A stretch of 64,000 nt of DNA, from the NCBI GenBank assembly GCA_018607835.1, contig JABBAS010000010.1, forward strand, positions 16,930-80,929, given 5' to 3'. Shown in pieces: positions 10,969 through 21,622 of this stretch. Source of the stretch: Methylobacillus sp. (GTDB lineage: Bacteria > Pseudomonadota > Gammaproteobacteria > Burkholderiales > Burkholderiaceae_C). Each line of letters begins with the position of its first letter. Positions within the stretch are counted from its first letter, which is position 1. Made by a program: the position numbers and the translations under genes. Under the pieces are notes generated by a model. The model saw nothing but the letters and a program-made list of their open reading frames with translations, did not search any database and was not told the DNA's origin.

Positions 10969-11055
10969 TTAAGTCGCCTTAGTTACAACAGGGGTAATTG
11001 TAACGATGTCGACTCTTTCTTAACTAAAAAGAATGCAACTTTTGAAAGGATTGCC

Positions 11056-11301
11056 TTGTACGTTATTGTTATTGCATGGCTTTATGTCGCACTCATGATG
11101 GCCGCAGCTGAGGCCTCCCATGCCAACGGAAGCCTAATTGGCGCCCTCTTCACCTTTATTTTGTATGGCCTTTTTCCGGTGGCCTTGGTGATTTACGTCT
11201 TAAAAACACCTGACCGGAAAAAAGCGCGCTTAGCCAAAGAGGCGCAAGAAGCGCAAACAGCCGCATCAAAGGCAGGTGACAGCAAAGACGAGACGCCCTG
11301 A
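11056..11301 (+). CDS. Small two-TM membrane protein of unknown function
   Basis: TTG start with AAGGA RBS; two hydrophobic segments (MYVIVIAWLYVALMMAAAEA; GALFTFILYGLFPVALVIYVL) and a basic/polar tail. Confidence 0.75.
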   Translation: MYVIVIAWLYVALMMAAAEASHANGSLIGALFTFILYGLFPVALVIYVLKTPDRKKARLAKEAQEAQTAASKAGDSKDETP

Positions 11302-11311
11302 ATGCCCCGGC

Positions 11312-12268
11312 TCAGCCCCTGAGCCACACCAGCGCCGCCATGCGGCCACTGCCGCCAAGGGTGGACTGATCTCGACGGTATGAGAAGTACGCCTTGGCAT
11401 TTGCCACGGTACACCACGCCGCCCCACCGTCATTCCCCGACACGGCACGCACGCCCAAGCGCGCTAACTCGGCGCGTGCGAGTCCGGGTAAGTCCGCGAG
11501 GTATTTGGTGGCGGTCATCCCATGGCTACCCTGCGCTTGATCGCCCCGCAGGCTGGGGTTTGAGCTTGGGTCTGGCTTGCCTTGCGGCACAAAATAGCAG
11601 GCGTCTTCTGCGTGACGCGCGATGAACGCGGCGCGGACCTCCTCCCCAACCTCGAAAGCTTGGGGACCGATACAGGGCCCCAACCAAACGCAAAGATCGC
11701 CTACCAACGCCTCGCTCGTCTGCCCAGTTAGCGATTGCAACGCCGAAAGCGTCCGTGCCACAACGCCATGTCGACCATGCTTGCCTTGTTCTGATGCGGC
11801 GCCGGGGTGCGCGTGGTCAACCCAATCGGCACCCACCAAACCACGCCAGCCCGCATGCGCGGCGGCCACAATAGGGCGTTGGCGGTGTGCAAACAAAATC
11901 GGTAGGCAGTCAGCCACCATGATGGTGGCCGCCAAGCCAACGGTCTGTGCAATGGCAATGTCCGCTTCTATCGCCCCAGCCTCGCCGGACTCAGGACGAA
12001 GTACATGCACCGCCTCACCATGCACCTGTTGCAAAAAAGCGGTCTTCACCCCCAATGTGCGACAAAGCAGGCGCCTATTGGCCGCGACTGCGACGGGGTC
12101 ATCGCCGACGTGGTCGCCCAAGTTCAGCGTGTCGTAGGGCGCGCGTGACTGCCCCCCGTGCCGGTGCGTCATCAAGGCAGCAACCCCCGCGGGCAAGGCC
12201 CAGTCGGGTACATAGCCAAGGGTGTTCTCAGCCGCTCCGGGCTTGTCGCAATTTTGTACAGACGCCAT
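11312..12268 (-). CDS. pgeF: PgeF/YfiH family protein (peptidoglycan editing factor / purine nucleoside phosphorylase)
   Basis: LNLGDHVGDD, QVHG, ADCLPIL, AHAGWRG, LGPCIG, YFSYRR. Start uncertain. Confidence 0.9.
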   Translation of the reverse strand: MASVQNCDKPGAAENTLGYVPDWALPAGVAALMTHRHGGQSRAPYDTLNLGDHVGDDPVAVAANRRLLCRTLGVKTAFLQQVHGEAVHVLRPESGEAGAIEADIAIAQTVGLAATIMVADCLPILFAHRQRPIVAAAHAGWRGLVGADWVDHAHPGAASEQGKHGRHGVVARTLSALQSLTGQTSEALVGDLCVWLGPCIGPQAFEVGEEVRAAFIARHAEDACYFVPQGKPDPSSNPSLRGDQAQGSHGMTATKYLADLPGLARAELARLGVRAVSGNDGGAAWCTVANAKAYFSYRRDQSTLGGSGRMAALVWLRG

Positions 12269-12365
12269 GTCTTGATTACACACCATCTAAAGGTGAATCG
12301 CCCACGGGTTTTGCGCATAGACCAAGGCTTGGTAGCATAGTGGGTCTACAGCCATCAAAGCCACC

Positions 12366-12938
12366 ATGTATCCAGACCGCTCCTCCCGCTTTTGCCGCGC
12401 CTGCGGGCAACCAACGGAACAACGCACACCCGATGATGGGGACGATAAACTCCGCGCCGTCTGCACCGCTTGCGCGACGGTTCACTACCTCAATCCGCTC
12501 AATGTGGTGGGGACCCTTCCGATTTGGAAAGACCCAACAACTGGCGCGGAACGCGTGCTTTTATGCCGCCGTAACATCGAACCACGCATAGACAAATGGA
12601 CGCTACCCGCTGGGTTCATGGAGATGGGCGAGTCGACCTCTGAGGGCGCGGCCAGAGAAACCGTAGAAGAGGCGGGCGCGCAGTTCGCGATGGGGCCTTT
12701 GTTCACGCTGATCAGCGTGTTGCACGTTGGTCAGGTGCATTTTTTCTATCAAGCGACCTTGACCAGCGACGTATTTGCACCCGGCCACGAAACCCGAGAG
12801 GCGCGTTTGTTTGCGCCCGACGAGATTCCTTGGGACGAGCTGGCTTTCAAAACCGTCAAAGAAACCTTGGTCCGCTATTTCTCGCCAGACCGCTTGCCCC
12901 TTTACGAGTTCTCTATCAGCCTACCGCCCAAGGCCTAA
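12366..12938 (+). CDS. NUDIX hydrolase with N-terminal zinc ribbon
   Basis: CRAC...CTAC; Nudix box GFMEMGESTSEGAARETVEEAG. Confidence 0.88.
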   Translation: MYPDRSSRFCRACGQPTEQRTPDDGDDKLRAVCTACATVHYLNPLNVVGTLPIWKDPTTGAERVLLCRRNIEPRIDKWTLPAGFMEMGESTSEGAARETVEEAGAQFAMGPLFTLISVLHVGQVHFFYQATLTSDVFAPGHETREARLFAPDEIPWDELAFKTVKETLVRYFSPDRLPLYEFSISLPPKA

Positions 12939-12960
12939 GACGCGTGCGGCAGGCACAGGG

Positions 12961-15312
12961 TTAAAGCACCCGCTTGACGCCGTTAGGCTTAAAGCCAAAG
13001 TCAGCCGACTTGCCTTTACGACCACGCGGGGCGCGGGCGTTATTTAGACTGCGGATCTCTAAGCCCTCTTCGCGCACCTTCCCACCACGGCCAATGCCGG
13101 TGATCAGCACACTGCGCGTGAACGCAGCGGCGCCCGCCAACACATCTTTGTCGACGAGGTCTATCAGCATCAGTCCGCGACCGCCCTTGGGCATGTGCTT
13201 GAGCTCGGTCAATTCGAAGGTGAGAATACGCCCACCCACCGAGGCGCAGGCCACGTGCGTTGCCATGACACCCTGCGTGCCGGCCTCCGTAACCTGTTGT
13301 ATGAGCAGCGGGCTGGGGGCATTAACGCCCACACCGTCAGGAACGTTAATGAACGCCTTGCCAGCCTTTTGTCGGCTGACCATGTCTTGAATCTGGGCAA
13401 CAAAGCCGTAGCCATCCGTGGTGGACAACACAAAACCGGCATCCCCAGGGCCGGCCATGTAATGAGCCACTTGCGTGCCCGCCTCTAGCTCAATGAGCGT
13501 AGTGATCGGCTGGCCATCCCCGCGTCCCCCCGGCAAGGCAGAAACGGAGAGTGAGTAGGTGCGACCGTTGCTTCCCAAGACAATCAAGGTGTCCACACTG
13601 CGGCACTCGTAGGTGTCACGCAACGTATCCCCTGCCTTGAACGCGAAGACGTCCGCAGCGTGTCCGTGACCCGTGCGGGTACGCACCCAGCCTTTGTCAG
13701 AGACCACCACCGTGAGTGGCTCGTCAACGACCTTGATCTCGGCGACCGCTCGTTTTTCTTCTTGGATCAGGGTACGGCGCTCATCGCCAAACGCCTTGGC
13801 GTCCGTCTCGATCTCTTTGATCATCAGGCGCTTCAAGCTACTGGGGTTATTCAAGATGTCCTCCAGCCGCGCTTGGTCGTCACGCAGCTTACTGAGCTCT
13901 TGCTCAATCTTGATAGCCTCTAAGCGCGCCAACTGACGCAAGCGGATTTCTAAGATGTCTTCCGCTTGACGCTCCGATAACTTAAAGCGCAACATCAGCG
14001 CTTCTTTGGGGTCATCGCTCTGACGAATGATGGCAATGACCTCATCAATGTTCAGCAAGACCAGTTGTCGGCCTTCCAAAATATGGATGCGGTCCAACAC
14101 CTTACTTAAGCGGTTTTCACTGCGCTTGACGATGGTGGACTGGCGGAAGGTCACCCACTCGAACAGCATGGTGCGCAGCGACTTCGGAACCGGCTTGCCA
14201 TCAATGCCCACCATGGTGAGGTTGATACTGCTGGAGGTCTCCAAGCTGGTGTGCGCGAGCAGTTGGGTAATGAGCTCTTCCTGAGACACCGTGCGGGTCT
14301 TGGGCTCAAAGACCAAGCGCACCGCGGCCTCTTTACCTGACTCGTCACGCACCACATCCAGCACCGCGAGCGTGCTGGCTTTTAGTTGCGTTTGATCGGC
14401 GCTTAAGGCCTTCTTGCCCGTTTTTACCTTGGGGTTGGTGATCTCTTCGATCTCCTCCAAGACGCGTTGGGTACTGACGCCCGGGGGCAGCTCAGTCACC
14501 ACCAACTGCCACTGACCACGCGCCAAGTCCTCAATGACCCAACGGGCACGGACCTTTAAGCTCCCCCTACCCGTTCGGTAGGCTTGGGCGATATCAGCGG
14601 CACCGCTGATGATTTGACCACCACCCGGAAAGTCGGGTGCGGGCAAGTAGGCCAACAACTCTTCGTCGGAAAGCCGGGGGTTTTTGACCATCGCGACGCA
14701 GGCGTTGGCCACTTCGCGCAGGTTGTGGCTGGGTATTTCCGTCGCCATACCGACGGCAATACCACTCGCGCCATTTAACAACGTGAAGGGCAAGCGCGCA
14801 GGCAGCTGACGAGGCTCTTCCGTTGACCCATCGTAGTTGGCAATAAAGTCAACAGTCCCCTCATCGATCTCGTCGAGCAACAGCGTGGTGATCTTGGCCA
14901 GGCGCGCTTCGGTGTAGCGCATGGCCGCAGCGCCATCGCCGTCACGACTACCAAAGTTACCTTGCCCGTCAATTAAGGGGTAGCGCTGACTAAAGTCTTG
15001 CGCCATGCGCACGAGGGCGTCGTAAGCGGCCTGATCGCCGTGTGGGTGAAAACGGCCCAACACATCACCCACCACGCGTGCGGACTTGACGGGCTTGGGC
15101 GCACCGCTACTTCCGTGCCCCAGCCCCATGCGTTGCATCGCGTAGAGAATGCGGCGTTGGACAGGCTTTTGACCGTCGCACACGTCGGGGAGTGCACGCC
15201 CTTTCACAACGCTCAAGGCGTACTCTAAATACGCTCGTTGCGCGTAGGTGGCTAGCGTGTCCTCGCCGTCATCACCCGCGGTCGCCTCGAATACCAAGCT
15301 GTCATCACTCAT
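12961..15312 (-). CDS. parC: DNA topoisomerase IV subunit A
   Basis: [35 protein letters not shown], catalytic AAMRYTE. Confidence 0.96.
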   Translation of the reverse strand: MSDDSLVFEATAGDDGEDTLATYAQRAYLEYALSVVKGRALPDVCDGQKPVQRRILYAMQRMGLGHGSSGAPKPVKSARVVGDVLGRFHPHGDQAAYDALVRMAQDFSQRYPLIDGQGNFGSRDGDGAAAMRYTEARLAKITTLLLDEIDEGTVDFIANYDGSTEEPRQLPARLPFTLLNGASGIAVGMATEIPSHNLREVANACVAMVKNPRLSDEELLAYLPAPDFPGGGQIISGAADIAQAYRTGRGSLKVRARWVIEDLARGQWQLVVTELPPGVSTQRVLEEIEEITNPKVKTGKKALSADQTQLKASTLAVLDVVRDESGKEAAVRLVFEPKTRTVSQEELITQLLAHTSLETSSSINLTMVGIDGKPVPKSLRTMLFEWVTFRQSTIVKRSENRLSKVLDRIHILEGRQLVLLNIDEVIAIIRQSDDPKEALMLRFKLSERQAEDILEIRLRQLARLEAIKIEQELSKLRDDQARLEDILNNPSSLKRLMIKEIETDAKAFGDERRTLIQEEKRAVAEIKVVDEPLTVVVSDKGWVRTRTGHGHAADVFAFKAGDTLRDTYECRSVDTLIVLGSNGRTYSLSVSALPGGRGDGQPITTLIELEAGTQVAHYMAGPGDAGFVLSTTDGYGFVAQIQDMVSRQKAGKAFINVPDGVGVNAPSPLLIQQVTEAGTQGVMATHVACASVGGRILTFELTELKHMPKGGRGLMLIDLVDKDVLAGAAAFTRSVLITGIGRGGKVREEGLEIRSLNNARAPRGRKGKSADFGFKPNGVKRVL

Positions 15313-17306
15313 TAGATATCTACCTCAATCTCGTCGGCATTTAGTTCCATCAGCTCGCGGCGCGATGCCGCCTCGCCTTTACCCATGAGCTTGTTTAACT
15401 CGGTGCGCGTGCCTGACTCGCCCAAAGCGCCCAATTTCACAGGCAACAAACGGCGTGTATCCGGGTTGAGCGTGGTGTCCCAAAGCTGTACAGCGCTCAT
15501 CTCGCCCAACCCCTTAAAGCGGCTAATGGACCAGCTGGATTCACGCACATTGTCTTTACGCAACTTATCCAGTATCGCGGTGAGCTCGCCCTCGTCCAAG
15601 GCGTAGATCTTCGCAGCCGGCTTCTTGCCACGCGCGGGGGCATCCACACGGAACAACGGCGGGCGCGCGACGAATACATGACCGGTGTCGATCAGCTTGG
15701 GAAAATGGCGGAAGAAAAGTGTGAGCAACAAGACTTGAATGTGCGACCCATCCACATCGGCATCAGACAAGATGCAAATCTTGCCGTAACGCAGTCCACT
15801 CAAGTCGGGCGTGTCCTCAACGCCATGGGGATCAACCCCAATCGCCACGGCAATATCGTGTATTTCGTTGTTGGCAAACAAGCGGTCACGCTCGACCTCC
15901 CACGTGTTCAGCACCTTGCCGCGCAGGGGCAAAATGGCCTGAGACTCCTTGTCCCGTCCCATCTTGGCACTGCCTCCCGCCGAGTCACCCTCGACTAAAA
16001 ATAATTCGTTGTGGCTGATGTCACGGCTTTCGCAATCGGTGAGCTTGCCGGGTAACACAGCCACACCGGACCCTTTGCGCTTTTCCACTTTTTGACCCGC
16101 TTTTTGGCGGCTCTGTGCCGCCTTAATCACCAACTCGGCGAGCTTCTTTCCGTGCTCGACATGCTGGTTAAGCCACAACTCCAAGGCCGGGCGAACAAAG
16201 CTAGAAACCAAACGCACCGCGTCACGGCTGTTCAGGCGCTCTTTAATTTGCCCTTGAAATTGCGGGTCTAGCACCTTGGCAGACAACACATAACTGGCGC
16301 GGGCAAAGACATCTTCGGGCAGCAGCTTGACCCCCTTGGGCAACAGCGCATGCAACTCGATAAAGCTTTTAACCGCGGTAAATAAACCATCGCGCAGGCC
16401 GCTGTCGTGCGTACCACCCGCAGACGTCGGAATGAGGTTGACGTAGCTCTCGCGGACCGGGTGCCCTTCCTCCGTAAACGCGACGCACCATGTGGCGCCC
16501 TCGCCTTCGGCAAAGCTATCACTCGCATTGTCCGCAAAGCCCTCGCCATCGAACAACGGAATGACGGGGTCGGCCTGAATGTTCTGCGTCAAGTAGTCGC
16601 GCAACCCACCCTTGTACTGCCACTGCTGCGACTCGCCGGTTTTCTCTTGCGTCAGGGTCACGATCACCCCGGGCATCAGCACCGCTTTTGAGCGCAGCAG
16701 ATGCGTGAGGTCAGACATGGGGACGACACTGCTCTCGAAATAAGAGGCCTGTGGCCACACCCGCACCGTGGTGCCACCCTTGCGATCGCCGGGTCCGGCG
16801 GCTCGTATCTGCAGCGGTTCAATCACGTCGCCCTTAGAGAACACAAGGTGCGCGACCTTGCCTTCGCGATAACTGGTGACCTCCAGCCGCGTAGACAAGG
16901 CATTGGTCACGCTGACACCGACGCCGTGCAAACCACCCGAGAAGCTGTAGGCGCCGCCCTTGCCCTTGTCAAACTTACCGCCCGCATGCAAGCGCGTGAA
17001 CACCAACTCGACGACAGGGGCCTTTTCTTCGGGGTGCATACCGAACGGAATGCCACGACCATCGTCTTCAATGGTGACCGAACCGTCGGTTTGTAAGGCC
17101 ACGGTGATTCGCTTACCAAAGCCGGCCAACGCTTCATCGGCGGCGTTATCGAGCACCTCTTGAATAATGTGCAAGGGGTTGTCCGTGCGGGTATACATGC
17201 CAGGGCGCTGTTTGACAGGCTCAAGCCCTTTCAGGACTCGGATAGAGCCCTCGCCATAATCAGCGCCGTTTGCGCTTTGACTGTTTGGTGTTTGTTTAGT
17301 GGCCAT
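15312..17306 (-). CDS. parE: DNA topoisomerase IV subunit B
   Basis: [57 protein letters not shown]; TAATG overlap with parC. Confidence 0.96.
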   Translation of the reverse strand: MATKQTPNSQSANGADYGEGSIRVLKGLEPVKQRPGMYTRTDNPLHIIQEVLDNAADEALAGFGKRITVALQTDGSVTIEDDGRGIPFGMHPEEKAPVVELVFTRLHAGGKFDKGKGGAYSFSGGLHGVGVSVTNALSTRLEVTSYREGKVAHLVFSKGDVIEPLQIRAAGPGDRKGGTTVRVWPQASYFESSVVPMSDLTHLLRSKAVLMPGVIVTLTQEKTGESQQWQYKGGLRDYLTQNIQADPVIPLFDGEGFADNASDSFAEGEGATWCVAFTEEGHPVRESYVNLIPTSAGGTHDSGLRDGLFTAVKSFIELHALLPKGVKLLPEDVFARASYVLSAKVLDPQFQGQIKERLNSRDAVRLVSSFVRPALELWLNQHVEHGKKLAELVIKAAQSRQKAGQKVEKRKGSGVAVLPGKLTDCESRDISHNELFLVEGDSAGGSAKMGRDKESQAILPLRGKVLNTWEVERDRLFANNEIHDIAVAIGVDPHGVEDTPDLSGLRYGKICILSDADVDGSHIQVLLLTLFFRHFPKLIDTGHVFVARPPLFRVDAPARGKKPAAKIYALDEGELTAILDKLRKDNVRESSWSISRFKGLGEMSAVQLWDTTLNPDTRRLLPVKLGALGESGTRTELNKLMGKGEAASRRELMELNADEIEVDI

Positions 17307-17431
17307 GGCGAGAAATTGTATCGAAATCAGGAAACAAAGGCTGTTGTTATAAACAGTTATGGATAAAAAAACAGTCTTCTGGATTACCGGTGCCGCGTCA
17401 AGGGGTCCTCGATTGTCGCTACATTAATCGA

Positions 17432-18652
17432 ATGGATAACAAACCTAACAGCCTCAGTACAGCCCAAATACTTATTTGTGGCGCCGCCATCGTCACACTT
17501 GCCATGGGTATTCGGCACGGATTTGGTCTGTGGCTGCAGCCCATTACGCAAGAGTATGGCTGGGATCGGGAGAGTTTCTCCTTAGCCATCGCGATACAAA
17601 ATTTGTCATGGGGCTTCTTCGGGATTTTCGCTGGCATGTTGGCGGACCGTTTTGGAGCGTTCCGGGTGCTCATCGCGGGTGCCATCTTTTATGCGCTGGG
17701 GCTCTGCGGCATGGCGTTTACCAGCCAGCCGTTGCTGTTTATCTTGACCACAGGCGTGCTCATTGGCGCAGCCCAAGCGGGCACCACGTACGCAATTATT
17801 TACGGGATTATCGGTAGAAACATTGCGGCCGAACGGCGTTCTTGGGCAATGGGCGTTGCCGCTGCAGCCGGCTCCTTTGGACAGTTTTTAATGGTGCCGG
17901 TAGAGGGCCAACTGATTTATCAGCTGGGGTGGCACAACGCCCTCACGGTGCTGGCCGTGGCTGTTTTGTTGATCATTCCCCTAGCCTATGGCCTGAGAGA
18001 AAGTAGCTTTGCAGGCGGCAAAGCCCCCGTTCGCGATCAAACCATTTTGCAAGCGCTGCGCGAGGCGGCACGCTACCCCAGCTTTCAGTGGCTCATGGCG
18101 GGTTATTTTGTGTGCGGGTTTCAGGTGGTTTTTATTGGCGTACACATGCCCAGCTACCTGCGCGACCACGATTTTGCTCCCCACGTTGCCGCCTACTCCC
18201 TAGGACTGATCGGCCTGTTTAACGTCATCGGCACCTACGCGGCGGGTCTGCTCGGTCAACGCATCGCTAATCGGAAAATCTTATCGGGTATCTACCTGGC
18301 ACGCGCAGTGGTCATCTCGGTCTTTGTGATAGCCCCGCTTACACCGACCAGTGTCTATATTTTCTCGGCTGTCATGGGCGTGTTGTGGTTGTCGACGGTG
18401 CCGCCTACCAACGCCATCGTGGCGGGAATTTTCGGCGTATCTCACCTGAGCATGTTGGGCGGCTTTGTTTTCTTCTCCCACCAAATCGGTAGTTTTATGG
18501 GGGTATGGTTAGGTGGCTTGTTATACGACACCACAGGCTCCTATGATGTGGTTTGGTATCTTGCGATCGCCTTGGGGCTCATCGCTAGCGCACTGAACTT
18601 ACCCATCAACGAAGCCTCTATAGAACGCAACAACCAATTACAGCCCGCCTAG
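17432..18652 (+). CDS. MFS transporter
   Basis: About 12 TM segments; GMLADRFG motif-A-like loop. Start set to ATG 17432. Confidence 0.88.
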   Translation: MDNKPNSLSTAQILICGAAIVTLAMGIRHGFGLWLQPITQEYGWDRESFSLAIAIQNLSWGFFGIFAGMLADRFGAFRVLIAGAIFYALGLCGMAFTSQPLLFILTTGVLIGAAQAGTTYAIIYGIIGRNIAAERRSWAMGVAAAAGSFGQFLMVPVEGQLIYQLGWHNALTVLAVAVLLIIPLAYGLRESSFAGGKAPVRDQTILQALREAARYPSFQWLMAGYFVCGFQVVFIGVHMPSYLRDHDFAPHVAAYSLGLIGLFNVIGTYAAGLLGQRIANRKILSGIYLARAVVISVFVIAPLTPTSVYIFSAVMGVLWLSTVPPTNAIVAGIFGVSHLSMLGGFVFFSHQIGSFMGVWLGGLLYDTTGSYDVVWYLAIALGLIASALNLPINEASIERNNQLQPA

Positions 18653-18662
18653 GCGGTGTCAG

Positions 18663-18842
18663 ATGCACACCAACCCAACGCCCTCTCATGAGCCAGCGCC
18701 ATCCGCACAGCGACCCCAGCGTCTGCTGAAGCGAGCTGTGCCATGGGCGGCGGCGGTCCTGGGTCTGGCCCTCGTATTTAGCCTTTACCGCGACCCGATG
18801 CTGATGGTCACCTTAGCCGACCAGCTCTGGAGCTGTTTCTAA
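18663..18842 (+). CDS. 59-aa single-TM small protein (below the ORF-track cutoff)
   Basis: Hand-translated MHTNPTPSHEPAPSAQRPQRLLKRAVPWAAAVLGLALVFSLYRDPMLMVTLADQLWSCF*; fills the gap between the MFS and methyltransferase genes on the same strand. Confidence 0.7.
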   Translation: MHTNPTPSHEPAPSAQRPQRLLKRAVPWAAAVLGLALVFSLYRDPMLMVTLADQLWSCF

Positions 18843-18882
18843 TTCAAACGTATCCCTGGCGGCTTAACCGCGATGCCTTGCT

Positions 18883-19479
18883 ATGACATCTAACCAACAC
18901 GGCTGGGGCGCTCCCTCCCCTTGGGTTTTGCGTTGGGCCCATCTGCTATCGCCCAACGCCGACGTCCTTGACGTGGCCAGCGGCGCCGGTCGGCACAGCC
19001 TTTACCTCAGCGCACAGGGCCACCGCGTGACCGCGTTGGACAAGGACGCCGCGGCCTTAGCGACATTGCAGGGGCGCGACGAGCAAGACGCCAGCGCGCG
19101 CGAGTCGATTTCGGTCGTGTGTGCCGATATAGAAAACGGCGACTGGCCGTTACCCGATAGGCAGTTTGATGCCATCGTGATGACGCACTATTTGTGGCGT
19201 CCGATTTGGCCACAACTGCAGCGAAGTCTGCGTCCTCAGGGGGTCTTAATCTCAGAGACGTTTGCGCGCGGGCAAGAAACTATCGGCCGCCCCAGCCGCC
19301 CCGCATTTCTACTGAGTCCAGGTGAGTCGCTGGATCTGGCTGCCGGGCTGCGAGTGGTCGCCTACGAGGATGGTTTTGAGCCACCGAGCGCCGCACATCC
19401 CGACGGACGATTTATTCAGCGTATCGTCGCAATGCACCCCGATGCAGGGCCGCCCGCACTGGGTAGAATGTCAATTTAA
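18883..19479 (+). CDS. Class I SAM-dependent methyltransferase
   Basis: VLDVASGAGRH glycine-rich motif, VTALD, FDAIVMTHYL. Confidence 0.82.
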   Translation: MTSNQHGWGAPSPWVLRWAHLLSPNADVLDVASGAGRHSLYLSAQGHRVTALDKDAAALATLQGRDEQDASARESISVVCADIENGDWPLPDRQFDAIVMTHYLWRPIWPQLQRSLRPQGVLISETFARGQETIGRPSRPAFLLSPGESLDLAAGLRVVAYEDGFEPPSAAHPDGRFIQRIVAMHPDAGPPALGRMSI

Positions 19480-19503
19480 CGTATTCACACTGAGTCTTAC
19501 ACC

Positions 19504-20385
19504 ATGCGCATGATTACCGGTAGCATCGTCGCCCTTATCACCCCCATGTTGCCCGATGGCAGTGTGGATTACGACGGCTTACGCAAGCTGATCGACTGGC
19601 ACATCGATCAGGGCACAGACTGTATCGGCGTGGTGGGTACAACGGGGGAGTCACCTACCGTCAACGTGCAAGAGCACCGCGACATCATCCGGGTGTCTGT
19701 GGAGCAGGCCAAAGGCCGTGTTCCCATCATGGCCGGTTGCGGCGCGAACTCCACCGCAGAGGCTATTGAACTGGCCAAATTTGCCAAGGATGTCGGGGCA
19801 GACTGCCAACTACAAGTCGTGCCCTATTACAACAAGCCAACGCAAGAAGGCATTTACCAACACTTCAAGGCGATCGCGGAAGCCGTGGATTTGCCCATGG
19901 TGTTGTACAACGTGCCAGGACGCACCGTTGCGGACATGGGCCATGACACCGTCTTGCGCCTAGCCCAAGTGCCCGGTATTGTGGGCATTAAAGAGGCCAC
20001 AGGCGATATGAGCCGTGCCTTGCACCTGATTAAAGATGTACCCAGCGACTTTGCCATTTACTCAGGCGATGACCCGACCGCCGTTGCCCTGATCTTATTG
20101 GGCGGCCATGGCAACATCAGTGTGACGGCAAACGTCGCGCCAAAGGCCATGCATGACTTGTGCGTCGCCGCACTCGCAGGGGACGCCAAGGACGCTGCGG
20201 CTAAGCAACTGGCGTTGATGCCGCTGCACAAAAACCTGTTTATAGAAGCCAACCCCATCCCCGTCAAATGGGCCGCGGCTCGTATGGGCCTGTGCCAACC
20301 AACGTTGCGCCTGCCCATGACACCACTCTCTGACGGCAACCACGCCGCCTTAGAAGCGGCGATGAAGACCTGTGGCATTCTGTAA
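19504..20385 (+). CDS. dapA: 4-hydroxy-tetrahydrodipicolinate synthase
   Basis: GTTGES, PYYNKP, YNVPGRT, Schiff-base [15 protein letters not shown]. Confidence 0.96.
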   Translation: MRMITGSIVALITPMLPDGSVDYDGLRKLIDWHIDQGTDCIGVVGTTGESPTVNVQEHRDIIRVSVEQAKGRVPIMAGCGANSTAEAIELAKFAKDVGADCQLQVVPYYNKPTQEGIYQHFKAIAEAVDLPMVLYNVPGRTVADMGHDTVLRLAQVPGIVGIKEATGDMSRALHLIKDVPSDFAIYSGDDPTAVALILLGGHGNISVTANVAPKAMHDLCVAALAGDAKDAAAKQLALMPLHKNLFIEANPIPVKWAAARMGLCQPTLRLPMTPLSDGNHAALEAAMKTCGIL

Positions 20386-20454
20386 CGCACGCTATCGGCG
20401 CCACGAGAAATTCGCCCATCTAATAACCGGCAGGCCTCACTTAACCTCTCAACC

Positions 20455-21567
20455 ATGATCCGATTCCGACGTATGACCTTGAATGTAAACATGCTGCCCA
20501 TCGCGCGCGGCTTGGCAATGGGTGTGGCTGCGATCGCGCTCGCTGGCTGCTCCTCTTTTGGCAACGATAAAGTGGACTACAAAACCGCCGAGCAAGGCAA
20601 CGCATTAGAAGTGCCGCCTGATTTGACGCAGATCAGCAATGACACCGCCTTCCAATCATCCGGCACCGTCAAAGCCAGCCAGTTCAACGCCCGTGTTGGC
20701 GAGTCGAACGTGCCTACCGCGGCCAACAGCGTGGGAGATGTCCGCATTGAGCGCGCAGGTACCGAACGCTGGCTGGTCGTAAAACGCGATGCAGGCGCGC
20801 TATGGGACCCGTTGGAGGCCTTTTGGCAAGACAGCGGCTTCTTATTGAACGTCAACCGAAAAGACATTGGCGTCATGGAGACCGACTGGGCTGAAAACCG
20901 GGCCAAGCTGCCTTTGGACTTCATACGCGAGTCCCTGGGAAAGTTGCTTGATACCCTGTACTCAACAGGTGAGTTGGACAAGTTTCGCACCCGCATTGAG
21001 CGCAATGCCGCCGGGGAAACGGAAATTTACGTCACCCACCGCGGCATGATCGAGGTCTACACCGGGGGAGCCAATCAAGATACGCGCTGGCAACCCCGTC
21101 CAGCGGATGCTGAGCTAGAAAACGAATTTCTCCGCCGCATCATGTTGCGCTTGGGTGCCTCGGAGTCTGAGGCAGCACAGGCGGTAGAACAAACCGCTGT
21201 GGTGCCAAAAGCCCAGCTGAAGAGCACCGCGAATGGGGCCTCCGTTACCTTGGCTGAGAATCCTGAGCGCGCTTGGCGCCGCGTCGGTCTGGCCTTAGAC
21301 CGCACAGGCTTCACGGTAGAAGACCGCGACAAGACAAAAGGCGTGTATTTCGTGCGCTACGCTGACGATGCAGGCACTGAAGACCCCGGCTTTTTCTCCA
21401 AATTATTCGGTGCCAAGAAAAAGGAGATCGAGGCCCTGCAGTACCGCATCGGCTTGGATCGTCAGCCGACGTTGACCACCGTATCGGTGACTAATTCGGC
21501 GGGTGACGCCGTGACGCCTGAACTCGCCAAGCGCATCCTGTCGGTGATTGCCGCCGACCTGCAATAG
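20455..21567 (+). CDS. bamC: Outer-membrane assembly lipoprotein BamC (NlpB/DapX)
   Basis: Lipobox LAGC, LEVPPDLT, METDWAENRAK; conserved position after dapA. The true start may be 20473 or 20491. Confidence 0.9.
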   Translation: MIRFRRMTLNVNMLPIARGLAMGVAAIALAGCSSFGNDKVDYKTAEQGNALEVPPDLTQISNDTAFQSSGTVKASQFNARVGESNVPTAANSVGDVRIERAGTERWLVVKRDAGALWDPLEAFWQDSGFLLNVNRKDIGVMETDWAENRAKLPLDFIRESLGKLLDTLYSTGELDKFRTRIERNAAGETEIYVTHRGMIEVYTGGANQDTRWQPRPADAELENEFLRRIMLRLGASESEAAQAVEQTAVVPKAQLKSTANGASVTLAENPERAWRRVGLALDRTGFTVEDRDKTKGVYFVRYADDAGTEDPGFFSKLFGAKKKEIEALQYRIGLDRQPTLTTVSVTNSAGDAVTPELAKRILSVIAADLQ

Positions 21568-21622
21568 ACCCGGTCAGTCGTAACGGGCACCGGGGGGTCG
21601 TCTCTACGACGATCTCCCGACG

